Source: Macrostomum lignano (taxonomy: Eukaryota). From it: a DNA stretch of 61,794 bases. Each line of letters opens with the position of its first letter. Position 1 is the first letter of the stretch. Shown here in pieces: positions 36,996 to 48,690 of this stretch. The position numbers and the translations under genes are program-made. The stretch covers positions 1-61,794 of the forward strand of contig NIVC01000605.1 in NCBI GenBank assembly GCA_002269645.1. The letters run 5' to 3'. The notes beneath the pieces are model-generated. The model worked only from the letters and a program-made list of their open reading frames with translations. It searched no databases and was not told where the DNA came from.

Positions 36996-37964
36996 CTAGC
37001 CTCACAGTGAGACACAGTCACCCGGTCCCATTGTCACTTTATTACATGATATTCGCTCTGCCCCCACTTCATTTATTCCTTCTTCAAGTTGCTAACAGTA
37101 ACTTGAGGAGCACGAAATTAAAGATTCGACTATATTGAATATCAATTGAACCACGATTATGACGAAATCAAGCTGACGAAATGGTTAAGGACAATCCTGT
37201 AACCCGTGGCATTGCGTAATTATTATTCAGCTATCACGCCTGTCCTATTCCCGACTGCCACGTTGCATTACACTTATTTCGCGTCAGCACGACTCAGCAC
37301 AACGCGTCTTTAGCGTCCTTAGAATTGAAGGGGGTGGGTGGGGGGAGAGGGTCACTCCTCCAATGTACGCGCTGAGCGTTCACCCCGTCAATGCACAAAC
37401 GGACCCCGTGTCTGTACAGAGGCGTGTTCTGTTCTATTTTTAGCTCGTATAATATGCCTTCTCCCACATGAAAGGCAGTCTTAGAGAATTCCTGTCCTAT
37501 TCTGAAATTCCTGGGCAATAAGAAAATTCCTTGTGGATAGAGAATCCCAGGAATTTCTGGAAATGAGTTGAAATTTATACGCGCATAATTGAATATTTTT
37601 CCTTTTGATTTTTTCTTGCTTTGACAGACAGTCCTTACGAGCTGCTTTCGGGATTGATAGCCCAGTTTCCTGAGGAATATCGCGCGAAAGCTCGAGTGAA
37701 GCCTACAAATGGGGATCAGATCAGATTTCTTAAAGAGAGAGTGAGAACTCACTTGTATCTTGTACTAAGAATGCATTGCAATTTGTATTAAATGGGGTTT
37801 TGCTACAGAACTTTCAGGGAAAGAACGATTTAAAAAATGCATAGGGAGAGATAGGAAGATTCGCTATTTCGCTTGAGTTTTGTTTATTTGCCAACCTCCA
37901 TAAACTTAATTTCTAACTCAGAGTTAGAAAGCTTCTTCTATAGCTTCTAATAAACTTTGGTGTT

Positions 37965-38900
37965 GGGGGGGCTGTTAGGGGATGCGCTGTTTATTTACGG
38001 CGCTGTTTATTTACGGCGCTGTTTGGGGATGGCGCTGTTTGGGGGCGCTGTTTGGGGATACGAGCTAGCGCTGTTTATTTACGCCGCTGCTTGGGGCGCT
38101 GTTTTTTTTATTAGGAGGCAGGGGGTTGTGTGCACCCTGGCGCACTTTAAGCGACATAGGCACACAACCGGCGAGAGGCATTACTGCCGATTCCGCCGAC
38201 TCCCCTGAGCAGGCATACAAGCGCGCGGATACGTACGCAGGCACACACTCACACAGGAGTGTACAGCGGCCCTAACTTTATATTATCGTTAGGCATGTAC
38301 ATTTCACTGCGCCTTGGGGGGTTGGCTCTCAAGGCCGTTAATTGCACGAGCAGAGCCAAGCCGAGATTCCAATTCAGCCCCAAATTAATAATGTGACTGC
38401 ACTTGGAATCGAGCCTGGGTCGCTGGCACACCAGAGCAGCTGCGCTACCGCTGGGCTACGGCCCCCCTGGGGCGCTGTTTGGGGATGCGCTGTTTAGGGA
38501 TGGCGCTGTTTGGGGATGGCGCTGTTTGGGGATGGCGCTGTTTGGGGATGGCGCTGTTTGGGGATGGCGCCGTTTGGGGATGCGCTGTTGAGGGATGCGT
38601 TGCTTGGGGGCGCTGTTTGGGGATGGCGCTGCTTGGGGGTGCTGTTTGGGGATAGCGCTGTTTATTTACGGCGCTGTTTAGGGATGGCGCTGTTAGGGGA
38701 TGGCGCTGTTTAGGGATGGCGCTGTTAGGGGATGGCGCTGCTTGGGGATGGCGCTGTTTAGGGATGGCGCTGTTAGGGGATGGCGCTGCTTGGTGGCGCT
38801 GTTTGGGGATAGCGCTGTTTATTTACGGCGCTGTTAGGGATGGCGCTGCTTGGGGATGGCGCTGTTTGGGGATGGCGCTGTTTGTTGGATGGCGCTGTTC
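37965..38900. repeat. 16-bp minisatellite (ggggatggcgctgttt) interrupted by a SINE
   Basis: Units lie on both sides of 38102-38467. Confidence 0.85.
38102..38467 (-). mobile_element. tRNA-derived SINE, copy A
   Basis: A box TAGCCCAGCGG (38458-38448) and B box GGCTCGATTCC (38415-38405). 3' end cctaataaaaaaaa. TSD tggggcgctg at 38092-38101 and 38468-38477. A homologous copy lies at 43035-43385. Confidence 0.85.
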
Positions 38901-39420
38901 CTCTGCTATGGCATTCTTGTGAGATTTCCCACGCTACGCTTGTGCATCACTTGTAAATTGACATATTGGGTCACATCAGAAGTTTTCATAACAAGAATTT
39001 GTATTTAAAATTTTTGTTTAAATCCTAATCTTTTGTGACCTTTACTTTTTTACTATTTTACCTAAACTTTAAAACTTCAGAAGATTAAAAATATTAATGA
39101 TTTTGATTTCTTTTTTAATTTCGTCCGAATTTTACCATTTTTATTTAGTCTTTTGAGAGGTTTTTGTGATTGTGCGACTCTATAAAACGAGGAATGATGA
39201 AGCATCCTACGAGCGTACATAGAATTTAGTCGGTTCAAAATGAGGTCAATAAAAAGTTTAAACTGATTTTCTTTGAATTTGCGATAAGAATATATTTTTA
39301 GAAACTTACGCCCCACCCCCAATGAATGAGCGCGAGAGGCCGTTCGCTGTTCTAAATTTAGAATGCGCAGCGGGAATCCTTCGTTCAAAGCTAAATTGCA
39401 ACGTCATCTTTGCTGGGGCT

Positions 39421-39433
39421 TTCCAGAATATTC
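39421..39433. promoter_or_regulatory. Heat-shock element (TTCcaGAAtaTTC)
   Basis: Three perfect alternating nGAAn pentamers upstream of BiP. Confidence 0.6.
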
Positions 39434-39436
39434 CAG

Positions 39437-39455
39437 CCAATAGGAGCGCACCACG
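39437..39455 (+). promoter_or_regulatory. ER stress response element ERSE (CCAAT-N9-CCACG)
   Basis: ccaat aggagcgca ccacg is an exact consensus, about 30 bp upstream of TATAAG (39487-39492) in the BiP promoter. Confidence 0.85.
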
Positions 39456-39464
39456 AAGGGGAGC

Positions 39465-39473
39465 GACACGTCA
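39465..39473 (-). promoter_or_regulatory. UPRE/XBP1-type site (TGACGTGTC)
   Basis: gacacgtca lies between the ERSE and the TATA box. Confidence 0.6.
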
Positions 39474-39775
39474 ACGCTACTGCCAATATAAGCGAGCGGA
39501 CTCGCGACTGCAAGTTTCTCCATCCTTTAACTCTCCGACACTGAGACTAAGAGACACTCAAACAGACTTCTGCAAGCGTCTGCCAGTCTTCACACCCGAT
39601 CGAATCGCAACCTTTTCTATTGCAATTAATTTGCTAAGCTGCTTACAGAAATAATCAACAGGCATTGAGAAGGTAAGCGGATCAATTCTGGGATTGCTCT
39701 ACTGTTAGTATTATAATGCGCATTTTTATCTATTTCGTTCTAATTGATCTACAAACGCGAATCGAATTTCAGACG

Positions 39776-39927
39776 ATGAAAAAGTGCACAATGCTCTGCG
39801 CGGCCATCGTGGCCGCCTCTCTGCTTCTGGCCGCTTCTAGCGCGACCGCTGAAGACCAGAAACCGAAAGAACAGAAAGAAGACGTTGGCACCGTGATTGG
39901 CATTGACCTGGGCACCACCTACTCCTG
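39776..39927 (+). CDS. HSPA5: BiP/GRP78 (ER Hsp70), coding exon 1
   Basis: Signal peptide [25 protein letters not shown], then [16 protein letters not shown](C). Donor TG|gtacgt. A 5' UTR intron spans 39673-39772. Confidence 0.95.
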
Positions 39928-40046
39928 GTACGTTTCTTTCTAGTTTGAATTTTTTGTAATAGTCTTCAATAGGGCACTGGCTCCACCAACTGGAGAGCTT
40001 TGCTACTAACAAGTAGTAATAACCAGTCTAACCAATACAATTCCAG

Positions 40047-40311
40047 CGTCGGCGTCTACAAGAACGGTCGCGTTGAAATCATCGCCAACGATCAGGGCAA
40101 CCGGATCACGCCGTCCTATGTCGCCTTCACGCCTGACGGCGAGCGCCTGATCGGCGACGCGGCGAAGAACCAGCTGACCACCAATCCGGAGAACACCGTG
40201 TTCGACGTCAAACGAATCATCGGGCGCAACTATGACGACAGCACGGTGCAGAAGGACATCAAGCTGCTGCCTTACAGTGTGGTGAACCGGTCTAAGAAGC
40301 CAGCTATTCAG
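40047..40311 (+). CDS. HSPA5: BiP, coding exon 2
   Basis: [27 protein letters not shown]...KPAIQ|gttggt. Confidence 0.95.
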
Positions 40312-40613
40312 GTTGGTGGAACTGCTGACTTCCTTCTGTGTGGGCTCAATCTTAGGGAGATCTAGTCTTGGATGAAAATTAGGTAAAAAGTTTTTACCTC
40401 CAGATAAAGGAAAGGAAAATAGAGAGGAGATTAGAGAGTAGAAAGCTGAGAAAAGAGACAAGCCTTGAGCGGGTTTCAAAAGATTCGAGGGCTGGAGTTA
40501 TAACATATTATAACATATATCCGTAGCCTCAAGGAATATTACCGTTCTACTAAACCTTGGCCATTCTATCCCGGCCGTCTTTATCTTGAATCCCTCAAAC
40601 TTCACAACTTCAG

Positions 40614-41753
40614 CTGCAAGTCGGCAACCAGACAAAGACCTTCGCCCCCGAGGAGGTCTCCGCCATGGTCCTTAGCAAGATGAAGGACATCGCCGAGTCC
40701 TACCTGGGCAAGAAAGTCACCCACGCGGTGGTAACCGTGCCGGCTTACTTCAACGACGCCCAGCGGCAGGCCACGAAGGACGCCGGGACGATCGCGGGCC
40801 TCAACGTCATGCGGATCATCAACGAGCCGACGGCGGCCGCCATCGCCTACGGCCTCGACAAGAAAGGCGCCGAGAAGAACATCCTGGTGTTCGATCTGGG
40901 CGGCGGCACCTTCGACGTTTCCGTTCTGACCATCGACAACGGCGTCTTCGAGGTGCTGGCCACCAACGGCGACACACACCTGGGCGGTGAGGACTTCGAC
41001 CAGCGCATCATGGAGTACTTCATCAAACTGTACAAGAAGAAGACCGGCAAGGACCTGCGCAAGGACCACCGGGCGGTGCAGAAGCTCCGACGCGAGGTCG
41101 AGAAGGCCAAGCGCGCCCTGTCGTCCGCCCACTCCACCCGCCTGGAGATTGAGTCGCTCTACAATGGCGAAGACTTCTCCGAGACGCTGACTAGGGCGAG
41201 GTTCGAGGAGCTCAACATGGACCTGTTCCGCAGCACGCTGAAGCCCGTCCAGAAGGTGCTGGAGGACGCCGACCTGAAGAAGGAGGATATCGCCGAGATC
41301 GTGCTGGTGGGCGGCTCCACCCGCATCCCGAAAGTTCAGCAGCTGGTCAAGGAGTTCTTTGATGGCAAGGAGCTGAACAGGGGCATCAACCCGGACGAGG
41401 CCGTCGCCTATGGCGCTGCCGTGCAGGCCGGCGTGCTCAGCGGCGAGTTCGACGCCAAAGACACCGTGCTCATCGACGTTGCCCCACTCTCGCTCGGCAT
41501 CGAGACAGTTGGCGGAGTGATGACGAAGCTGATCAACAGGAACACGGCCATCCCCACCAAGCGGTCGCAGGTGTTCTCAACCGCCGCAGACAACCAGCCG
41601 ACGGTGACAATCCAGGTGTACGAAGGCGAGCGGCCCATGACCAAGGACAACCATTTCTTGGGCAAGTTCGACCTCACCGGCATTCCAAATGCGCCGCGCG
41701 GCGTGCCGCAGATTGAAGTCTCCTTCGAGATCGACGCCAACGGAATTTTGCAG
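40614..41753 (+). CDS. HSPA5: BiP, coding exon 3
   Basis: [20 protein letters not shown]...[12 protein letters not shown]...[12 protein letters not shown]...[10 protein letters not shown]|gtgagt. Confidence 0.97.
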
Positions 41754-42215
41754 GTGAGTCTGAGGCGGACATCGGCACAGGCAGTAGGCATTGTCCATAC
41801 GTATCTGTAGACACAATAGACATGAAGACAGACCAGTCAATTTATAATAAAACATCTAAAATATTAAAGACTGAACAGGGCCGGGGATTCGATTCTTGAC
41901 TTACTCGAAACAATTTGTGTCCTTGAGAAAGACACTTTCACAGCTGTAAAATGGGTGCATTAGCTTGGGTTATCGAGGGTCTGGCGACCCCAGTCCTTGG
42001 ACTGAACAGCCGTACGCAGCCTTCAGATGCGCCGAGTAATAGCTGCGGCTGAGCTGTCGGTTGCACATCTGGGCATTAGGGCAGGTGTACTCAAATATTT
42101 GTTTATTATTAGATGTAGTGCATCAAATCTCATCAATTCAGACCAGTCCTAGGCTGAGAGTGCCCAGACTCTCCGTCACTCCACCGCTCTCTCTCTCTCT
42201 CTCAAACAACTCCAG

Positions 42216-42653
42216 GTGTCCGCCGAGGACAAGGGAGCCGGCAGCAAGAACAAGATCGTCATCAACAAAGACCAGAACCGGCTCAACCAGGACGAGATCG
42301 AGAAGATGATCAAAGACGCGGACACCTACGCTGAGCAGGACAAGCTGGTGAAGGAGCGAGTCGAGGCCAAGAACGAGCTCGAGTCGTACGCCTACTCGAT
42401 GAAGACTCAGATGGCGGACAAGGAGAAGCTGGGCGGCAAGCTGACAGCGGATGACAAGTCGAAGATGGAGACGGCGGTTCAGGCCGCCATCGACTGGCTG
42501 GACAAGAACCAGCAGGCCGACACGGAGGCTCTGAAGGCGAAGAAGAAGGAGCTGGAGGAGGTGGTGCAGCCCATTGTCAGCAAACTGTACCAGAATCAGC
42601 AGCAGCAGCAACAGCAACCAGGCGATGAGAAGGACAATAAAGACGAACTTTGA
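42216..42653 (+). CDS. HSPA5: BiP, coding exon 4 (ends KDEL)
   Basis: [16 protein letters not shown]...KDNKDEL*. The four exons total 1995 nt, giving 664 aa in frame. Confidence 0.97.
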   Translation: MSAEDKGAGSKNKIVINKDQNRLNQDEIEKMIKDADTYAEQDKLVKERVEAKNELESYAYSMKTQMADKEKLGGKLTADDKSKMETAVQAAIDWLDKNQQADTEALKAKKKELEEVVQPIVSKLYQNQQQQQQQPGDEKDNKDEL

Positions 42654-43034
42654 GAACATTTTTAGCAGCAATTTTTCTAGGCACAAATTCCAGATTGTTC
42701 AGTAATAGTCCAACTTGATGATTGCTTTTTCTACTGTTTGTCTAGCAACTCTTCTGCACTGATTCATACTGTTGCATGTTGTTTTTATTGCTCTGTTTTC
42801 ATCATGGTGAGAGCCACTCTGGCAGTATTTAATCTTATCCAGACTTGAGTAAAATGTAAAATATTTTCTCCGTGCGTCGCATCTCAGTTGTTTTTTAGCT
42901 GTAAAAATTGTTTGAAAATATGGTAAATAAATAATTCAACTCTGAAACTATTAATACTATGAATACTTACAAGCATTGTTGGTTATTCGTAAAGTCTATC
43001 GAATTTCGAAAATATGGAATGAGCTGAGATGAAA

Positions 43035-43385
43035 GGGGGGCCATACCCCAATGGTCCAGTGCGGCGTTCTGGTGTGCCAGCAGCCCAGGCTCGATTCCCA
43101 GTGCAGTCACATTAATTTGGGGCTAAATTGGAATCTCGGCTTGGCTCTGCTTGTGCAATTAACGCCCTTGAGGGCCAACCCCTAACGTGCCCAACGATAA
43201 ATAAAGTTAGGGCCGCTGTACATTCCTTCTGAGTGTGTGCCTGTGCGTATGACTGCGTACGTATCCGCGCGCTCGTGCGCCTGCTCAAGGGAGTTGGCGG
43301 AATGGGCAGCAATGCCTCTCGCCGGTTTTGTGGCAATGTCTCTGAGAGTGTGCAAACAACCCCTGCCTCTGCATCTCATAAAAAT
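43035..43385 (+). mobile_element. tRNA-derived SINE, copy B
   Basis: Reverse-complement homolog of 38102-38467, with B box ggctcgattcc at 43088-43098, a decayed A box, and possible TSD tgagatga (43025-43032 / 43387-43394). Confidence 0.8.
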
Positions 43386-43386
43386 A

Positions 43387-43565
43387 TGAGATGAGATGAG
43401 ATGGGATGAAATGGCATTGGATGTGATGGGATGGTATGGGATGGGATGGGATTGGATGGGATGGGATGGGATGGGATGGGATGGGATGGGATGGGATGGG
43501 ATGGGATGGGATGAGATGGGATGAGATGAGGATGAAATGGGGATGAGATGAGATAAGATGAGATT
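43387..43565. repeat. (GATGG)n/(GAGAT)n microsatellite at the SINE tail
   Basis: Visible pentamer units. Confidence 0.85.
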
Positions 43566-44620
43566 CGAGACAGCAGATTGAAAGAAGAGGTTTTGAACTC
43601 CAGTGGTTTGACCATATGCAGGTCCTGCCATCGAGCCATCTCATGACATCGAGTTCCGCAGACAGAACTCAGAATGCGAAGTTCATTGAGTTGCTACACA
43701 GCTATAGCTACAAAGCCAAAATCTACGCATACTACTTCTACTAAGCTATGAGTAGTTAGTAAACTCAAATAAACAGCTCAGCTGGAAGATTTTGTCCAGA
43801 GATTATGGGCGGCCTGCTCGATCCGAGTCTTGAGTCGCAATTTGCTTGATACACGGTTCAGCAAGTAAATGGGATGTTTGAATCCGAGCAGTCTTGCCCG
43901 AGCTGAAGCTGAAGTCGTGACTGAATTCCCAGCTCAATGCTGAGTAGCCAAGCGAAAAGATGCCGATCGGGGCTGGGCGCAGTTTTCATCAGTTTGGATT
44001 AAACAAAAAACTCTGAATTAGTGGAAGATCAAAGATGGAGGCGGTTAAGGAAGGATTTCATTTTAACAAAAAAAGCAAAGGGAAATTTGACCTTTGATAT
44101 TTTCTGTTCCATTCAATTTACTTCAGCATCTATCAAGGATTAATTCCTTTCCACTTCTTCAGCCTGAGCAATGTCTGTGTTTCACTCAGGCGTGCTCAAA
44201 CTGCACCGATATTCTATCTGGAAACCTTACCGTGTTTTTGAGTGAGGAGTAGAGTAGAGTAGAGTAGAGTAGAGTAGAGTAGAGTAGAGTAGAGAAAGAG
44301 AATGGAGAGTAGAGTAGAGAAAGAAGATGGAGAGTAGAGTAGAGAAAGAGAATGGAGAGTAGAGTAGAGAAAGAAGATGGAGAGTAGAGTAGAGAAAGAG
44401 AATGGAGAGTGGAGTAGAATAGAGAAATAGAATGGAGAGTAGATTAGACAAAGAGAATGGAGAGTAGAGTAGATTAGAGAGAAAGAGAATGGAGAGTGGA
44501 GTAGAATAGAGAAATAGAATGGAGAGTAGATTAGAGAAAGAGAATGGAGAGTTCTGGTAGAACAGCACGCTTGATAATGAGAAGTAAAAGAAAGGAGATT
44601 GCGAGCATTTTCATTAGAAC

Positions 44621-44652
44621 GACATGTTTCGCCTAACTTTAGGCATCATCGG
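44621..44652 (-). ncRNA. Minimal type I hammerhead-ribozyme-like motif, copy 1 (degenerate)
   Basis: CCGATGA-T-GCCTA AAGT TAGGC-GAAA-CATG-TC. U4 is replaced by C and stem I is weak. Confidence 0.5.
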
Positions 44653-45203
44653 GCAGATTGGAATTTATTTAATTTAAGTCAAAACGTAGAGTATAAATAC
44701 ATTTCAGTGGCGGATAGTCATAGATAACACGGGGGGAGAATGGAGAGTAGAGTAGAGTAGAGAAAGAGAATGGAGAGTAGAGTAGAGTAGAGAAAGAGAA
44801 TGGAGAGTAGATTAGAGAAAGACTATGGAGAGTAGAGTAGAGTAGAGAAAGAGAATGGAGAGTAGAGTAGATTAGAGAAAGAGAATGGAGAGTAGAGTAG
44901 AGTAGAGAAAGAGAATGGAGAGTAGATTAGAGAAAGACTATGGAGAGTAGAGTAGAGAAAGAGAATGGAGAGTAGAGTAGAGAAAGAAGATGGAGAGTAG
45001 AGTAGAGAAAGAGAATGGAGAGTGGAGTAGAATAGAGAAATAGAATGGAGAGTAGATTAGACAAAGAGAATGGAGAGTAGAGTAGATTAGAGAGAAAGAG
45101 AATGGAGAGTAGATTAGAGAAAGAGAATGGAGAGTTCTGGTAGAACAGCACGCTTGATAATGAGAAGTAAAAGAAAGGAGATTGCGAGCATTTTCATTAG
45201 AAC

Positions 45204-45235
45204 GACATGTTTCGCCTAACTTTAGGCATCATCGG
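45204..45235 (-). ncRNA. Minimal type I hammerhead-ribozyme-like motif, copy 2 (degenerate)
   Basis: Same sequence as copy 1. Confidence 0.5.
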
Positions 45236-46819
45236 GCAGATTGGAATTTATTTAATTTAAGTCAAAACGTAGAGTATAAATACATTTCAGTGGCGGATAG
45301 TCATAGATAACACGGGGGGAGAATGGAGAGTAGAGTAGAGTAGAGAAAGAGAATGGAGAGTAGAGTAGAGTAGAGAAAGAGAATGGAGAGTAGAGTAGAG
45401 TAGAGAAAGAGAATGGAGAGTAGAGTAGAGTAGAGAAAGAGAATGGAGAGTAGATTAGAGAAAGACTATGGAGAGTAGAGTAGAGAAAGAGAATGGAGAG
45501 TAGAGTAGAGTAGAGAAAGAGAATGGAGAGTAGATTAGAGAAAGACTATGCAGAGTAGAGTAGAGAAAGAGAATGGAGAGTAGAGTAGAGTAGAGAAAGA
45601 GAATGGAGAGTAGATTAGAGAAAGACTATGGAGAGTAGAGTAGAGTAGAGAAAGAGAATGGAGAGTAGAGTAGAGTAGAGAAAGAGAATGGAGAGTAGAT
45701 TAGAGAAAGACTATGGAGAGTAGAGTAGAGAAAGAGAATGGAGAGTAGAGTAGAGTAGAGAAAGAGAATGGAGAGTAGAGTAGAGTAGAGAAAGAGAATG
45801 GAGAGTAGAGTAGAGTAGAGAAAGAGAATGGAGAGTAGAGTAGAGTAGAGAAAGAGAATGGAGAGTAGATTAGAGAAAGACTATGGAGAGTAGAGTAGAG
45901 AAAGAGAATGGAGAGTAGAGTAGAGTAGAGAAAGAGAATGGAGAGTAGAGTAGAGTAGAGAAAGAGAATGGAGAGTAGATTAGAGAAAGACTATGGAGAG
46001 TAGAGTAGAGAAAGAGAATGGAGAGTAGAGTAGAGTAGAGAAAGAGAATGGAGAGTAGAGTAGAGTAGAGAAAGACTATGGAGAGTAGAGTAGAGTAGAG
46101 AAAGACTATGGAGAGTAGAGTAGAGTAGAGAAAGAGAATGGAGAGTAGAGTAGAGTAGAGAAAGAGAATGGAGACTAAGAGTCCACAGACTACTCCCGTG
46201 CAGAGCAGACGGTAGCAAAAGTTTCCTCACGCAGTTTTTCACGATTCAGAATTGGAAATTGGAATTGGAAGCATTGCGAGCTCACACTTGTGGGAAAGTC
46301 CCTGAGCAGCATGCAGTTACCATTCTGCGCAGTGACAAAATAATTCAACATTAATTTTCATCTGTGCCTGAGGCCGCACAAATTTCAAACAACTGCGGTC
46401 GAGAAAAGCAGAAACAAGTTAAAAAATTATGAAACTCATTGAAATGCAAATTCGAAACTCGGTAGGGTTAGAGGCATCGTGTAGCAAAAATTTTAATTTC
46501 AACTTTTGAGGTGGGTTTCATGCTAACCCATTCGGACCTGCACCGCTCAATGGAATTGAACTAAAAGAAGCAACCGAAAAACTGCTTACACAAAAATTTT
46601 TTTAACGATTTTGTTGGAACCGAAAAAATTGAGTTTTTCTGCTTTTGCTTTGATACAGTGAAACTGGTGCCTCACTTGGCCTGCAGTCAGTGATGCGTGA
46701 GAGGTGGAGAACTCCAGTTGTAGTTTTTGGTTGCCTACGCAACGAATTTCTGAAGTCTTGTTTGCACAGCATGCGAACTCTTTGATACTGAAGGAAAAGG
46801 CATGATGTGCAGGAAATGC

Positions 46820-47395
<576 letters not shown>

Positions 47396-47767
47396 CTAAA
47401 ATCGCGGAGCAGGGGATGCAGCGCGATTGAATTCGCTGAGTTTCTCGCCTTCTCCCGAATCGAGAAGCGAGAACTCCTTGCTGGCCAATGAGGGCGCTCA
47501 GACTGCGGGGAGGGCGGCAGCCAAGGCGGGACTGACTGGCTGACGAGGAGGTGGCTCCAACTCCTCCCTCAGAGACAGAGAAACAGACAGACAGACAGAC
47601 AGATGTGGATTCCGTCTCCTCTCTTGTCTCCCCACCCTCCCCTCGGCAGGGAGCTAAAAACTGGGACTGCCGCTGCAGCCGCCCCGCCTCCCGCTCGCAA
47701 CCAACATTTTCCCAGAGTGAGTCCGATATCTCTTCATCCTCAGCTTCCCGCTCTGTCGTCAATCGTC

Positions 47768-48168
47768 ATGGACTCGCCCAGCTTGCTGACCGGCTCGCCC
47801 TCCAGCGGGCAGCACCAGCCGTCGCTGAAGCCGACCTACAACACCTCCGTGCCGGTGCCGAACATCCCGGAGAACAACCAAGTGAAGCTGCTGGACTATC
47901 GCGGAGCCAAGATTGCCGCGTTCTGCGTGGAGTCTCGCGATTTGATCTGCCTGCCGCAGGCTTTCGAGCTGTTTCTCAAGCACCTGGTCGGCGGCCTGCA
48001 CACGGTGTACACCAAGCTGAAGCGCCTGGAGATCTGCCCGGTTGTGTGCAATGTTGAGCAAGTGAGAATTCTGCGCGGCCTCGGCGCCATTCAACCCGGG
48101 GTCAATCGGTGCAAACTGATCGCGCCCGATGAGTTCGACGTGCTGTATGAGGACTGCACGAATTCCAG
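47768..48168 (+). CDS. DACH: Dachshund, first coding exon (DACHbox-N / Ski-Sno domain)
   Basis: NQVKLLDYRGAKIAAF...LICLPQAFELFLKHLVGGLHTVYTKLKRLEICPVVCNVEQVRILRGLGAIQPGVNRCKLI...LYEDCTNS. Donor AG|gtgagg is phase 2. The exact start is uncertain. Confidence 0.95.
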
Positions 48169-48189
48169 GTGAGGCGACCGGGCTGTCCA

Positions 48190-48690
48190 GGTGGGGTGTG
48201 GGGTTCTATGGGGTGTCAGGGTAGGCTGTGGGGTTCTGTGGGGTGTCAGGGTAGGCTGTGGGGTTCTGTGGGGTGTCAGGGTAGGGTGTGGGGTTCTATG
48301 GGGTGTCAGGGTAGGGTGTGGGGTTCTATGGGGTGTCAGGGTAGGCTGTGGGGTTCTGTGGGGTGTCAGGGTAGGCTGTGGGGTTCTGTGGGGTGTCAGG
48401 GTAGGGTGTGGGGTTCTATGGGGTGTCAGGGTAGGGTGTGGGGTTCTGTGGGGTGTCAGGGTAGGGTGTGGGGTTCTATGGGGTGTCAGGGTAGGGTGTG
48501 GGGTTCTGTGGGGTGTCAGGGTAGGGTGTGGGGTTCTATGGGGTGTCAGGGTAGGGTGTGGGGTTCGGTGGGGTGTCAGGGTAGGGTGTGGGGTTCTATG
48601 GGGTGTCAGGGTAGGGTGTGGGGTTCTATGGGGTGTCAGGGTAGGGTGTGGGGTTCTATGGGGTGTCAGGGTAGGGTGTGGGGTTCTGTA
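48190..48690. repeat. 30-bp G-rich minisatellite (gggtagggtgtggggttctatggggtgtca)
   Basis: About 16 copies starting about 20 bp after the donor. Confidence 0.95.

Larger units (their letters stand above)
44245..46175. repeat. AG-rich satellite (gagtagagtagagaaagagaatgga) containing two copies of a 186-bp unique segment
   Basis: Unique segments at 44551-44736 and 45134-45319, offset by 583 bp. Confidence 0.92.

Noticed and set aside
37294-37752. 152-aa minus-strand ORF
   Set aside because: AT-rich, non-ATG start, and no recognisable motif.
41820-41880. Possible C/D snoRNA in a BiP intron (ATGAAGA...CTGA)
   Set aside because: Imperfect C box, no terminal stem, and no evident guide sequence.
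40006-42686. Antisense ORFs over BiP (likewise over CP110, AP-2 and dachshund exons)
   Set aside because: Shadow ORFs produced by GC3-biased coding sequence.
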